Source of the DNA: Nitrosopumilus sp.
GTDB taxonomy: Archaea; Thermoproteota; Nitrososphaeria; Nitrososphaerales; Nitrosopumilaceae
Direction of reading: 5' to 3'
Assembly: GCA_965203315.1 (NCBI GenBank)
Contig: OZ241857.1
Location: forward strand, 96,001 to 160,000
DNA length: 64,000 nt
Part shown: one piece after another, positions 9,585-20,866 of the stretch
Layout of the letters: each line of letters opens with the position of its first letter
Position numbering within the stretch: position 1 is the first letter of the stretch
Program-made: the position numbers and the translations under genes
The notes under the pieces: model-generated
What the model was told of the DNA's origin: nothing
The model's database searches: none
Seen by the model: the letters and a program-made list of their open reading frames with translations, nothing else

Positions 9585-10228
9585 CGTGAAGTCCAGAGCA
9601 AGCCTCTCTTGGCAGCTTCGTCCATCATTAAATGTAGTGGTATACCGAGTAGTTCACTGGCTCCTCCAACACTAAACTTTCCTTTTGTAAGCATGGAAAA
9701 TACATGTTCCTTGATATCTGGTTTTAGTTTCTCGTATGTCGTAGATTTTTTTTTCAGATCTGGATATTCACAGTACATAAAAGACAACATCTCTGGAATA
9801 GTAATGTCGTTTATGAGACTTTTATGGTTGCTAAAAACATCTGGCATCTTTATATCACATAGTCCTGGAAACTTTACTATCTTGTTCTTTTCATCTACAA
9901 CATTTTTGACATATCCAATACCCTGTTGGGTTAATTTAATGACGTCATCCTTCTCAATTAGCAAATCTCGTTGTACAAGATGTTCAATAGTGTTATCTAG
10001 GACAACACTGTATGGGCCATCATCTTTTATTGCATAGTTGAACCCATCTCGTATTTCTTGATAGGTATCGCTCAACATGTACATCATGAACTGTAGTTTT
10101 TGTCTACCGTATATTGGCTTGTCGTCTACATGTACAAGCAGAAGAACGTGCTTTTCGAGTTCGCTGATCTCTAGGGTTGCAGTATCGATTGCCATCTGTT
10201 TACTTTGTGCCTTGTACAATAAAAACAT
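9581..10228 (-). CDS. Putative antitoxin: SocA/Panacea-like wHTH plus C-terminal UPF0175-like HTH
   Basis: GRQKLQFMMY...GPYS motif; C-terminal GKFSVGGASELLGIPL; stop overlaps the start of the PIN gene. Confidence 0.65.
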   Translation of the reverse strand: MFLLYKAQSKQMAIDTATLEISELEKHVLLLVHVDDKPIYGRQKLQFMMYMLSDTYQEIRDGFNYAIKDDGPYSVVLDNTIEHLVQRDLLIEKDDVIKLTQQGIGYVKNVVDEKNKIVKFPGLCDIKMPDVFSNHKSLINDITIPEMLSFMYCEYPDLKKKSTTYEKLKPDIKEHVFSMLTKGKFSVGGASELLGIPLHLMMDEAAKRGLLWTSR

Positions 10229-10301
10229 GTTTGTATCGGCTTAAAATACCAGAAACGTTGCCTTATTAATTACTAGTATCCCAAGCTATAGTTCACTTTT
10301 C

Positions 10302-10569
10302 GGTTCTCTTAACTTATTTGAGGGATGGAGATAGTTGAAATTTAAGAGATCTCTGAGAAATTTCCTAGTGGTGGCAATCCTATAAACAATTCACAAAAAA
10401 TTTTACATGTTACTGAATAACAATCTTGAATCATGTAATTTTTTGATATTTAAAGCATGAATCATGTAATTTTTTAGTTTTTAAAATGATAATTTTACGG
10501 CGAGTATAATTACAAGAACCCCTCCCTAAATTCCAACTATCTCCACCCACTCGACAAATTAAGATAATC
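10302..10569. mobile_element. MITE-like element with ~47-bp imperfect TIRs and an internal TGAATCATGTAATTTTTT direct repeat
   Basis: GGTTCTCTTAACTTATTTGAGGGATGGAGATAGTTGAAATTTA vs right-end reverse complement GATTATCTTAATTTGTCGAGTGGGTGGAGATAGTTGGAATTTA. Confidence 0.65.
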
Positions 10570-10571
10570 GA

Positions 10572-10769
10572 CTAGGTCTTGGTTCGTGTCTTGATGAATT
10601 TGACGTAAAAGCCTATTCCGCCAATTATTATACCGCCTGTCAGTGCTAATACTCCTAGATCAGGCATGGATTGATGGATGTTTGGAGCTAAAAACAACAA
10701 CAACGCACCCATTATTATCAATATGAATCCTCCACTCTTCTTTGATCTATTATGTTCATCATGGGCCAT
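10572..10769 (-). CDS. Small two-TM membrane protein
   Basis: Two hydrophobic helices; immediately downstream of lysS. Confidence 0.7.
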   Translation of the reverse strand: MAHDEHNRSKKSGGFILIIMGALLLFLAPNIHQSMPDLGVLALTGGIIIGGIGFYVKFIKTRTKT

Positions 10770-10771
10770 GT

Positions 10772-12352
10772 TTAGACATACTCCGACAACATCTCTGATA
10801 TCTTTGTTGTACCGATATCTGCTACTAGTGGTCCAAGTCTTGGACCGCGTGTTGTACCTAGTATGATCTGATACAATACGGAAAAGAATACCTTGGGTTC
10901 GATACCATGTGTTCTAGATGTATTGTATATAGTACTGGAGATATCTTGTGGATCTTGTTTTGTAGGAATACTTGTCACCAAATCTCTTATTGCAGCACGT
11001 GTGTTAGAGTCGATCTCGATCTTTGACGTTCTCTGTTCACTAAACGTATCTGCAAACTTGCCTGCCTTTTCTATCAAAGACTCTATCTCGGGTGATGACT
11101 CTTTTATGGTACCATACTCGATAATCTTGGCCAAGACTCGTCTTACTCTATCATCTCGAAATACTTTGGCTAGTTCTATCAAGAGTCTATAGTTTAGATG
11201 TATCGACGGTTGTTTTGGTACGTCTAGTAGATTCACATACTCGTATAGACCACGCAACTTGGTCAGTTTTGCTGCATTGTCTACTTTGATCTTTCCAAAG
11301 TAAATGTCTTCGATCTCGTTGTACTCATTCATCAATGATGGAATATCTTCAAATCCTAGTTCTCTCGCACCTGTTATTCGTTTGTATAATAGCAAGAGAA
11401 TAGACTCTGGGCTACCAAATTCTAGCCATCTCTGCACTGTCATGACGTTTCCTAATGACTTTGATATCTTTTTCCCTCGTTTATCTAGAAACATCTCGTA
11501 CTTTATGTGATGGGGATGCGAAAAGTTCAAGATATTGTCTGCAACCCAATCATTTATCATAACAGAGTCCATTATGTCTTTTCCATACGCTTCAAATCTG
11601 ATATCAAATGCTGCCCATCTTGCTGCAAACTCTACCTTCCATGCTAGCTTGCCTAGGTCACGAGTGATGTCTGCACAACCCTCATGTCCACAACCTTGTA
11701 TGGTTTTGGAGCCGATCGTGGTATCTGTACACCTATAATCGATCTCTTGTCGTTCTGGATCATATCGTATGGACTCTGATGTATAGATCCGATCACATTT
11801 GGCACATACTGGAAAGTATGGCAGATGTTGTCGATACTTTTCTTGACCGACCATCTCTGATATTTTTTGACCGATCTCTGTACTCTTTTGTAATATTGTA
11901 TGTATCTGCGACTTGAGATGACCTTTACGATACGTATCTACTGCTCGTCTAAACTCATAGTTTATTCCAATTTTATCTAGTCCGTCTAACAGTATGCCAC
12001 TCATGTGCATTCCATACGAGTCACAACATCCGTATGGATCTGGAATTAGAGATACCGGCTTTGCTAAATGCTCTTCTAACGAATCTGGTAACCCTTCAGG
12101 TACCTTTCGTAATCCGTCAAGATCATCAGAGTATGCTATCAGGTGAGATTCGTACCCTATATCTTCTAGAGCAAGTTTCACTCCGTATGCTCTCACCGCA
12201 TCCCCTATGCTACCAATATGAGGAATACCCGACGCGCCAAGTCCACTCTCGACTCGTAATAGTTTTGTATCTCTTCCAAGTGACTCTTCGCGTTTTATCA
12301 TCTCATATGCTAGCTTGTCTATCCATGTTCCTCTGCCTATGATATCTACCAT
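10772..12352 (-). CDS. lysS: Lysine--tRNA ligase, class I
   Basis: SGLGASGIPHIGS (HIGH), KISKSLGN (KMSKS), WKVEFAARW, GPRLG. Confidence 0.97.
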   Translation of the reverse strand: MVDIIGRGTWIDKLAYEMIKREESLGRDTKLLRVESGLGASGIPHIGSIGDAVRAYGVKLALEDIGYESHLIAYSDDLDGLRKVPEGLPDSLEEHLAKPVSLIPDPYGCCDSYGMHMSGILLDGLDKIGINYEFRRAVDTYRKGHLKSQIHTILQKSTEIGQKISEMVGQEKYRQHLPYFPVCAKCDRIYTSESIRYDPERQEIDYRCTDTTIGSKTIQGCGHEGCADITRDLGKLAWKVEFAARWAAFDIRFEAYGKDIMDSVMINDWVADNILNFSHPHHIKYEMFLDKRGKKISKSLGNVMTVQRWLEFGSPESILLLLYKRITGARELGFEDIPSLMNEYNEIEDIYFGKIKVDNAAKLTKLRGLYEYVNLLDVPKQPSIHLNYRLLIELAKVFRDDRVRRVLAKIIEYGTIKESSPEIESLIEKAGKFADTFSEQRTSKIEIDSNTRAAIRDLVTSIPTKQDPQDISSTIYNTSRTHGIEPKVFFSVLYQIILGTTRGPRLGPLVADIGTTKISEMLSEYV

Positions 12353-13912
12353 CTAGTTCAACTCTTTAGACATATACGGCCCATATAACGAATACCCGTT
12401 TTTGTAATAGTACTGTCTAGTACCTACTGCACTGATCACGAGGATCCTCTTTGAATCAAACTCTTCTATTGCAATTCGTTCAGCAGTTGACAAGAGTTGA
12501 CGACCAAGTCCCAAGTGTTGGACTCCATCTCGATCACGCTCTCCAATCTTTAGAGATCTTCCATAGATGTGCAACTCTCGTACTATGCATGCGTTGTTGA
12601 TCTCTCTTCTGTGTGCTGCATCGCTTGGTCTTCTAAGTCTTAAAAATCCATATATCGATTCAGAACTGTCTTCAAACGACAAGAATACTTCGTCTCCTCC
12701 AGACGACGTATAATCAATTCTGGTCATCTTTGGTGTCTCTATGGGGTTCAATCTTATCTCTCTGCATCGTATACATCGACACGATCTACCTTCCTTCTCT
12801 AATCTGATCTGAGCTAACTGCCTGAGATTTCCAGATTTAGGACCGGCTATTATCTCCTCAGTAGATATCTCACGTTGAACTCGCATTATCCTGACCCATT
12901 TGGGAATCTTGCTTTTGACTTTGGCAAGTATATTGATCATCGTCTCATCTGAATACGGTGTATATCTGCCAGCAACATATTCATCATAAAGTGGCGTATC
13001 CTTTATCACTAGTGCTGGATATATCTTGAGCATATCTGGTCGCAGATCTGGATCGCTGAAGAGTCTATTCATGTCAGTAATATCTTGCTCGGGAGTCATG
13101 GTGGGGAGCCCTGGCATCATATGTGCTACGATCTTGTATCCTGCGTCCTTTGATATTTGAAATGACTCTACTACATCTTTATAGTTGTGACCTCTATTGA
13201 CTATCTTGTAGACTTGATCTTGTAGTGATTGTACACCTATCTCTACTCTGGTCACTCCATACTCTAACATCCAATCTACATGTCTCTGTTTACAATAGTC
13301 GGGTTTTGTCTCTATGGTGAATCCAACATTTCGTATGTCTGCAATCTCGTTGTTTGATTTGGCCTCCTCTAATGTATGTGATCTGGTTCCATTTAATGCG
13401 TCATAACATGATCTCACAAAATCGATCTGATAATCTCTTGGCATAAACAGAAATGTACCTCCAACTATTACTAGCTCTGTCTTTGATGGTTCGTGACCAA
13501 ACGCTACAAGGCTATCCAATCTAGACCTGATCTGCAGCATTGGATCGTACTCGTACTTTATGGCACTCTGCGTTGATGGCTCATTACCTGTGTAACTGTT
13601 TGGCGAGTTCGACTCTATTCCTCCAGGACAAAAAGTACATCTGCCGTGAGGACACGCAAATGGTTTGGGCATTAACGCGACTATTGCTACACCAGACGAT
13701 GTCTTTGTTGGTTTCTTTATCAATATTTGTCGTAAATTATCATAATCTTGTCCCTTTGCAATCTTTAAGAGATCAACATTTCTTGGAATTCTTGCCAGTG
13801 AATACTTGGCACATATTCGCCTGATCTCTGCCTTGACTCGACCATGATCCAGTTCATCAAGACTGATCAAGTTTTGCATGATCTCGTTATACGCTCTCGA
13901 CTCTAGACTCAT
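12353..13912 (-). CDS. elp3: Elp3 tRNA uridine(34) acetyltransferase (radical SAM + GNAT)
   Basis: CPHGRCTFCPGG, ETKPDYC, KIYP, VRELHIYG, QHLGLG, ISAVGTRQYY. Confidence 0.96.
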   Translation of the reverse strand: MSLESRAYNEIMQNLISLDELDHGRVKAEIRRICAKYSLARIPRNVDLLKIAKGQDYDNLRQILIKKPTKTSSGVAIVALMPKPFACPHGRCTFCPGGIESNSPNSYTGNEPSTQSAIKYEYDPMLQIRSRLDSLVAFGHEPSKTELVIVGGTFLFMPRDYQIDFVRSCYDALNGTRSHTLEEAKSNNEIADIRNVGFTIETKPDYCKQRHVDWMLEYGVTRVEIGVQSLQDQVYKIVNRGHNYKDVVESFQISKDAGYKIVAHMMPGLPTMTPEQDITDMNRLFSDPDLRPDMLKIYPALVIKDTPLYDEYVAGRYTPYSDETMINILAKVKSKIPKWVRIMRVQREISTEEIIAGPKSGNLRQLAQIRLEKEGRSCRCIRCREIRLNPIETPKMTRIDYTSSGGDEVFLSFEDSSESIYGFLRLRRPSDAAHRREINNACIVRELHIYGRSLKIGERDRDGVQHLGLGRQLLSTAERIAIEEFDSKRILVISAVGTRQYYYKNGYSLYGPYMSKELN

Positions 13913-14464
13913 TACTATTCATGATATCATCTGTGATTTACATATTTTGAATTATTGACATCTATGTAATGCATGGTTCTTGCACATGTGGTGTGTCGTA
14001 CACGTGGACTCGACTCTAGATCATATCTGATCAGTATTACTGTCACATTAAACTCAATATGTATATCTTGTCTGTTTTGTGGGCTCTTGCGAGAGATACT
14101 TTTCATCATGTACACAATGGTGGAGATAATATCCGTCTACTCTACGAATATCTACAACTCTACTTTTATCTTTAAACGGATGCTCGATTGTATCATTCAA
14201 GGCTAGACTCACATCTTTCTAGACTATCTCAAGTGGATGAACATATACCGATGTGTGCTGAACGCTTTCACATTAAAGTGCGATTTCATCGATCAAGACC
14301 GTGTTTTGGTAAGCTGACAGGTTTAAGATTTGTACAAAAACATCATTGAGTACAGAACACTGTTTTGTGCATATTCATCATAGCGCTAGAATGAAAACAA
14401 GAAACGACTAGACATTTGTACTCGAGACTTGAATATCTAGTTTGACAACTATTCACTATATACG

Positions 14465-14491
14465 TTTATAAATTATGGGGGGGGGGGGGGG
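14465..14491 (+). promoter_or_regulatory. TATA box followed by G15 homopolymer (putative phase-variable promoter)
   Basis: TTTATAAA at 14465-14472; G x15 at 14477-14491; ORF start at 14512. Confidence 0.6.
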
Positions 14492-15970
14492 AAGTTAGGG
14501 AAGAGAGAATCATGCTTGATAAGTGTTTGGTATTGACATTATTGCTTGTCGTACCGTTTTTGGCAACTGACGTACTCGCACAGTCAAACGGTGTCACAAA
14601 CAAGTTTGCCGATCCGCCTAAATTCCACATAGAGCATGATGGTATCGTATTTACACTTGACACCTTTGATGTCAAGACTACATTCAATGTAACACTCGGT
14701 TCACATACCGCGTATGTAGAATCTACTAATACATTCAAAGTCATGCCCAAAGTCTCTGATGAATACAAGATAAAGATTGATGCGTATCATGATACTACAC
14801 TACTTGACAGTCACACTGGTCATTATGTCTTTGCACCACTAACTATTTTTGGAAAATCAAATGAGCGTTTTTCTAGCTCGACTAACCCTGCTCTATACAT
14901 CGATTCTGATTCACCCTCCGCTCCAGATTATTATGCCAAATTTGCTCTAAACGGCAAGTCAAGAATAACTAATGATGAGAACATGATAATTGGAGATATT
15001 GTACTGGCAGCAAATAGCCGTGCTAATACACAGGCTCGTATTGTAACCGATATGTCTGATGGACTTTCAAGTGGAGCATGTACATCTGGATTATTGCGTA
15101 CAATTGATTCTAAAGATAGTCCTGATGATTATGAAATGCCATCAAATGTAGCTGGCAACTCTTTTGCGTTGGGATTTGTTTTTTCCGATTATATCTCCAC
15201 TGACTATGAGAATAATACCAAAAGTTGTACAGCTGATTTAAACTCTTTTTCCAAACCTATTGAATTTGCTCCAGCACTGCGCATAATTTTATATGATCAG
15301 AGTGGAAAAGAGGCATTCACGTTCTCACCGCGTGAAAGTAAAAATAATGCAATCCCGATGCCTAAATGCAACTCTAATACCTTTTTCTTTCCTTCGCACC
15401 GATTAATAGGTGATATAGATGCATGCTATTATGATGATGGCACAAATATAGTCATCTTTACAAAAAAACTAGAGTATTATGGAGTCACGTCCAGTTTTCT
15501 AGATGACGTAAAACCGCCGACAAATACTCATAAACAAAGTATCGACGCTACCGAGTGTAATTCTACTCAATGTCAAGTTCCTTATCGTTTTGTAAATGGA
15601 AATAAGCTGATTGGTGGAACTGACAGAGGTTTTGTATACATGGCAAATAATATGATCATTTACCCAAACAGTCTCTTTACCGGCAATCATAGTAAGGAAT
15701 GTAAGCTTGAGGCTAGTTTTAAAAATACTACCGAAGCACAAGATATGGCTGATAACGCTATTGGATTTACTTTTAAGCCTAAATCATGTAGTAGTAGTAC
15801 TCTAAGTTCACAACAATTTGAATCTACTAGATCACTGCTTGTTACACTACCTGGGAAGACTGGTACGGAATATGTGTACTCTTTCTCACCACGTGAAGAT
15901 CAGCTCAAACCCATGCCTATATCATTATGTTATGCATTTACTATTGACAAATACCCTGGACTGTTTTTCC

Positions 15971-17669
15971 GTACGAGGTTAGGTCTAAAAGATCTACCCA
16001 AAGGGACAACTTTTCTAGATAATCTAGGCTAAATCCAAATACTACCAATTATGACAATGTCTAGACAGATCGCGAGACAAAAGACTACCAAGAAAGATAG
16101 GGAGACATCTGCCAAGATAGCAGATCTAGAGGATACTGTCAAGCAGCAAAATGATACCATCGAACAACAACAAGAGACCATTACGAGTCTACAAAAACAA
16201 GTTGCAAAGCAGAAGAGAATGAATATGAAACTGTACGAGATTTTACTTGCTACAATTATGGGACTCCAAGTATCTCCAAATTCAATCAATGATTGTTTTA
16301 ATGTATTCCAAAGGATGATCAAAATTATAGAACGTGGTCAACAACTATCACAGACCAAGATTCGTAACACCAGAAAAAAGATAGAGGGTAAAAAAGAAAA
16401 GATAGAGGTACAAACAGCACAGGCCAAGAACAAAGAAACGAGACGCAAGCAGCTCGACAATTCTAACGTACCCTCATCAAAACAACCAGATCATGTAAAA
16501 AAGGGTACAAGAAAATCTAAAAGCGAATGGAAAAAAGCAGGACAAGACAAGGGTCACAAAGGAGTTTCCGACAACATAAAAACAGACAAGACAAGACATC
16601 ATAAAAAAGAAAAGTGTGATGGATGTGGCAGTAAGCATGTTGACAACAAGAGGTCTAGACAAAAGAGAACGATTGACATACAGATCATAATATTGCACAT
16701 ACTCCATATCGGATACTTTTACAACTGTAGAGATTGTGGCGCATCAGGCGATACATTCGACAGCATCCCAGACATACTACACAACACAATGTTGTGCCCA
16801 ATTCTAGGCGTGATTGCAACCATAATGAGAAAGAATGGCTGTAGTATCAGAACAATAACTAGTACTCTTCAATGCCTAGACCCGTGTATATCTAAAAAGA
16901 TGGTAACGGGGGCAATAGACACGATTGCCGATAAATTAGACAAATATGTCAAAAAAATAGAGAGAATGAACCTAAAATCCAAGGTAATCTACATGGATGA
17001 GACGTCGATGTCCCTTGCTGCGAAATTGGGATGGGTCTGGGTTCTTGTCGGCGATTATGGTACGCAATTCATCATATCGCCAGAGCGTACAAAAGATTTT
17101 CTAGAAAAAACGTTCAAAAAGTATATTCTGATACCACTCGTGTCGGATGGATATGTCGTGTACAAACTATTCAATGTACGGCAACGTTGTTGGGCGCACA
17201 TACTGCGAAATGCAAAAGATACAATGTGTGACGTACATACTGTACTAATGTACAAAAGATTACAGAAACTACTTGAAATTGCAAAAGCACTACAGGTGGA
17301 CAATCCCAATCATGTGGACATATACCTAAAATACAGAGTAGATGATCTAGTGCAAAAGACATTATCACTTGCAGCAGAGTACAAGAAACTAGACAACGAA
17401 GCTTGTCGCAAATTTGGAGTTCATTTAGCTAATGCTGCAGATGATCTATACACATTTGTGCTATACTATGGTATGGAATACACAAACAACAGAGCAGAGC
17501 GAGCTATACGATCAATGGTGCTATTCCGCAAGGTAACTCAACGTATCGTATCTGAGGAGAGTAAACGACGAGTTGGCAATATCTTTACATGTGTAACAAC
17601 ATGGGAGCAACAAGGTCTCAACGTCTATGATACACTCCTAAAAGTTGTGCGTGAGACCTAACCTCATAC
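15971..17669 (+). mobile_element. IS66-family element (single-ORF, ISBst12-like), complete
   Basis: TIR GTACGAGGTTAGGTCT / AGACCTAACCTCATAC; 8-bp TSD GTTTTTCC. Confidence 0.92.
16051..17661 (+). CDS. IS66 transposase
   Basis: NSNVPSS, GQDKGHKG, CxxC zinc finger, YMDET, SDGYVVY, QRCWAHILR, TNNRAERAIR. Confidence 0.93.
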   Translation: MTMSRQIARQKTTKKDRETSAKIADLEDTVKQQNDTIEQQQETITSLQKQVAKQKRMNMKLYEILLATIMGLQVSPNSINDCFNVFQRMIKIIERGQQLSQTKIRNTRKKIEGKKEKIEVQTAQAKNKETRRKQLDNSNVPSSKQPDHVKKGTRKSKSEWKKAGQDKGHKGVSDNIKTDKTRHHKKEKCDGCGSKHVDNKRSRQKRTIDIQIIILHILHIGYFYNCRDCGASGDTFDSIPDILHNTMLCPILGVIATIMRKNGCSIRTITSTLQCLDPCISKKMVTGAIDTIADKLDKYVKKIERMNLKSKVIYMDETSMSLAAKLGWVWVLVGDYGTQFIISPERTKDFLEKTFKKYILIPLVSDGYVVYKLFNVRQRCWAHILRNAKDTMCDVHTVLMYKRLQKLLEIAKALQVDNPNHVDIYLKYRVDDLVQKTLSLAAEYKKLDNEACRKFGVHLANAADDLYTFVLYYGMEYTNNRAERAIRSMVLFRKVTQRIVSEESKRRVGNIFTCVTTWEQQGLNVYDTLLKVVRET

Positions 17670-19074
17670 GTTTTTCCCAGGTGACTCTGAAACCGGCGCA
17701 AGTCCAAAAGAGTGCTATTATGACAACGGTATCGATATAAAGATACTTACGAAATATTATAGATCATATGCTGCGACAAATACTACCCTTATGAATACTG
17801 GAGGACTAGCATCTGACAGCGCTCCAGACGATTCTTCTTCTGGCAATCGTGCACCAGGCGCTACTACATTTTCTGTTCCTGTGGCATTATTGGATGGTCA
17901 ATATGCTGATGGCACTGGCACTGATGGTAATGACGATGACAAGCACAATCCACCCTCTTTTGGTAAATCACATATCACTAACAAGATGCTTGTAACCTGT
18001 GGCTACAAGATGGATGATACATGTCGTGACGTTTACGATTATCACGTAGAGTATGAACGTGATATCATACAAACTAACACCACTCACACATTTACTCTCA
18101 AGGCCTTTGTGCCAAACTTGGCTAACAGCTTTACTATTGCGTTTGGTGTGCCGGATGTTGGCACACCACTAAGTAATGCCGAAGCTAGTATCAAAGTTAT
18201 ATTGGGTATCGATTATAGTGAACCTTCATACCACTATATCGAAGATGTTGTAATATATGATCCAAATAATATCATCGATTACAACAGTACAAACACCATG
18301 GTATTGTCAACATCTTGTACTGGTGGCAATACAATGTGTACGCAAGTAACGTTTCCATCTGTACTGTTTCGTGATACTACATACCATGAGCCATTTGCAA
18401 TCCTGGTTGTAGATACCTTGCTGTACACTGCTGTCAATTATATGAATGAAGGCATATTGATTACTGGTGATTCATTAAACCCTATACCGACTGTCTCGTC
18501 TGGCATAACAGTTGATGTAGGCGATAAACCAACTAATCTGATTCTGGAACGCATAGATAAAGCCAATGATCTCTGGAAAGATATATTCGGAAACGTGTGG
18601 AGTCACAACTCGTTCGGTAACTTTGTAATTGTACAGTATGCTCCACATGCTGGAACCATACCTGTATGTGATGATATCAACGACAGAATATGTGCACCAT
18701 TCAAGGCCAAACTCGACTGGCACAACCAAAATATGATTCAACTGCGTGACTCGTTATACGATGCGTACAAGACAAAGGCATACGCCGAGATTGACAATAT
18801 ATTTACCTACGAGTTTGGCGATCTTGATTCACGTACACAAACACTGATCAATCTGGGTTGGTTAAACTAGAACAGTTTGTGTTCTATGCATCTTTTATCT
18901 AGCGAATGTTCGACTCTGATCTCAAATTCGACTGTGTAATTTACATTTGGAATAAACGAGTTCTTTAGAGATCGATAACACTTTGACATAAAAAATCCAG
19001 TTATAGATACATCTCTGCATAACTTGACGATTCACAGATTTGTGGAATGGTTTCAAACTTCAACTATGTGATGT

Positions 19075-19250
19075 GGTTCTGTTCAATTGACTGGGACTGA
19101 GATCGTTATGACGTTATCTCAAAGAACGCACAATATCCGACTCAAAATAGTAGCAATTTACGATAGCCAATGTGAGTCCGTTTCCGTATTTTGCAAAATT
19201 TTTGAGAATTTTGTGCAGAAGATGCCAACCCCCATCAATTGAACAGAACC
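19075..19250. mobile_element. MITE family B (176 bp)
   Basis: TIR GGTTCTGTTCAATTGA / TCAATTGAACAGAACC; inverted near-copy at 57429-57605. Confidence 0.85.
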
Positions 19251-19291
19251 CTATTAGAAACAATAAATAAAATCTAATCTAATCGAGATAT

Positions 19292-19705
19292 ATGACGTGT
19301 ATCTTTTGTGATATTATAAATGGTGATAGAGATGGACATCTTTTATATGAAGATAGAGATCACGTTGCATTTCTAGACAAATATCCTATAGACGTAGGTC
19401 ATAGTCTTGTTGTTCCAAAGAGACATCACGAGATCATCACAGATATGTCACCAAAAGACGTAGGATCTGTATTCGCTCTTGTTCCAAAGATTGCCACTGC
19501 GATACTCAAAGCAACCACAGCTGATGCATTTAGTCTGGCTCAAAATAACGGTCATGCGGCAAAACAGATCATTCCACATGTACATGTTCACATAATTCCT
19601 AGATACAATGCACGAGGAACCGTTTGGACAAAAAGAGAGATTGCAGACGACGTCGAGTTATCTGTACTTGCAGCCAAGATCCGTAGTATCTTGAGTACTA
19701 GTTAG
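19292..19705 (+). CDS. HIT family nucleotide hydrolase
   Basis: CIFC, GHSLVVPK, HVHVHIIPR. Confidence 0.95.
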   Translation: MTCIFCDIINGDRDGHLLYEDRDHVAFLDKYPIDVGHSLVVPKRHHEIITDMSPKDVGSVFALVPKIATAILKATTADAFSLAQNNGHAAKQIIPHVHVHIIPRYNARGTVWTKREIADDVELSVLAAKIRSILSTS

Positions 19706-19749
19706 CATGACCTTGGGATTGTATAGTGTCACACTCATTTGAGTAGGCT

Positions 19750-20480
19750 AGCCCCTCTTTTGTTTCTTACACTGTGGACTCTTTTTCCTTTACTCCTAAA
19801 ACGATTCATCCTCATCAAAAACGTCTTTTAACACATAATTTTATCCGATTTACTGCTCTATCATGATCTGTCTAAATCTGTCAAATGTTTTAAGCAAAGT
19901 CTCATATAGACCCCATTCATAATTCGGTTCTTTCTTGATACTTAGCACGATCATCTTAGCATAAACCAAAACACACTCTCATCATTATGCATATCTCTTG
20001 TTTAGTTGAATATTGATTAAAGTTATTGGCGAAATATTTGATATCCTAGAGGTAAATTTACAATGTGTTGTGAATTTATAGATCTGCATACATATTAAAA
20101 CTTGGCATAAATGGAATAGTCCAAATCACACACGTGGCACAAAAATATTCAAACTCCAATATTGGCCAAAATTGAATTATGAATACGGTCTTATGGTAGA
20201 TCAGCTTGTTTTGCCGTAGCCTTGCATATGCGGTTCAAACAGCTTAGCAAAACCGCTTTGAATATGGTGTTTTGAACAGTGAGAACTTGGATTCTGTAAA
20301 CGGTCTAAAGTTCTTTTTACGGGGCTTGTGTAATAGACCTTTCTTTGAGGCATAGAATTGATCGTTTTTACAAACCTTACAGATTGTCTTTTTCTAGTAA
20401 CATGATTCTGAATATTTGATTATGTCTAATCATTCTTCATATCCTCGAATGATTCTAAACCCAACGTTATTTGACATTAA
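19750..20480 (-). pseudogene. Two decayed IS1595-family transposase relics
   Basis: Broken translations KTICKVCKNDQFY...RPFTESKFSLFKTPYSK and YETLLKTFDRFRQI...DEDES resemble the 36844-37462 transposase. Confidence 0.55.
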
Positions 20481-20490
20481 CTTCCACAAT

Positions 20491-20631
20491 AGACTGTGTA
20501 CATATTTCTTACATCATACTCGCGTTTTAAGGTACAATAAAACACAAGTGTGATTTCTAGAGGCAAATTGATTCATTGTTGTCATGTTTGATGATTGGAC
20601 ATGGGCACTCTTAATAACATGCATACAGTCT
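20491..20631. mobile_element. MITE family D (~140 bp), 3-bp TSD AAT
   Basis: TIR AGACTGTG / CATACAGTCT; inverted copies at 27676-27816 and 48908-49047. Confidence 0.85.
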
Positions 20632-20866
20632 AATAGTTCTAGCGGTTCTAGACAACTAGTCATCCAATTTACACAAGTTTACATAATACCTTGTGTTTGG
20701 TATTATGAACATTTTTCATTCTAAAAGTAAACTGGATTTCTGATCATACATAGACCGACAAACAATTCTGGTTGTGGTTATATTTGAATTGAGACAAGAT
20801 GTGTATCTTTGCGTCATAGTCTTTAACTGATCAAAGATCTAAGGCTGGGCGATTCTAGCGTATCGT

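Larger units (their letters stand above)
14512..18870 (+). pseudogene. Secreted repeat surface protein (~883 aa when reconstructed) interrupted by IS66
   Basis: N-terminal signal peptide; 14512-15970 joins 17678-18870 in frame (KYPGLFF|PGDSETGASPKECYYDNG); C-terminal domain homologous to that of 40737-46607. Confidence 0.85.
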
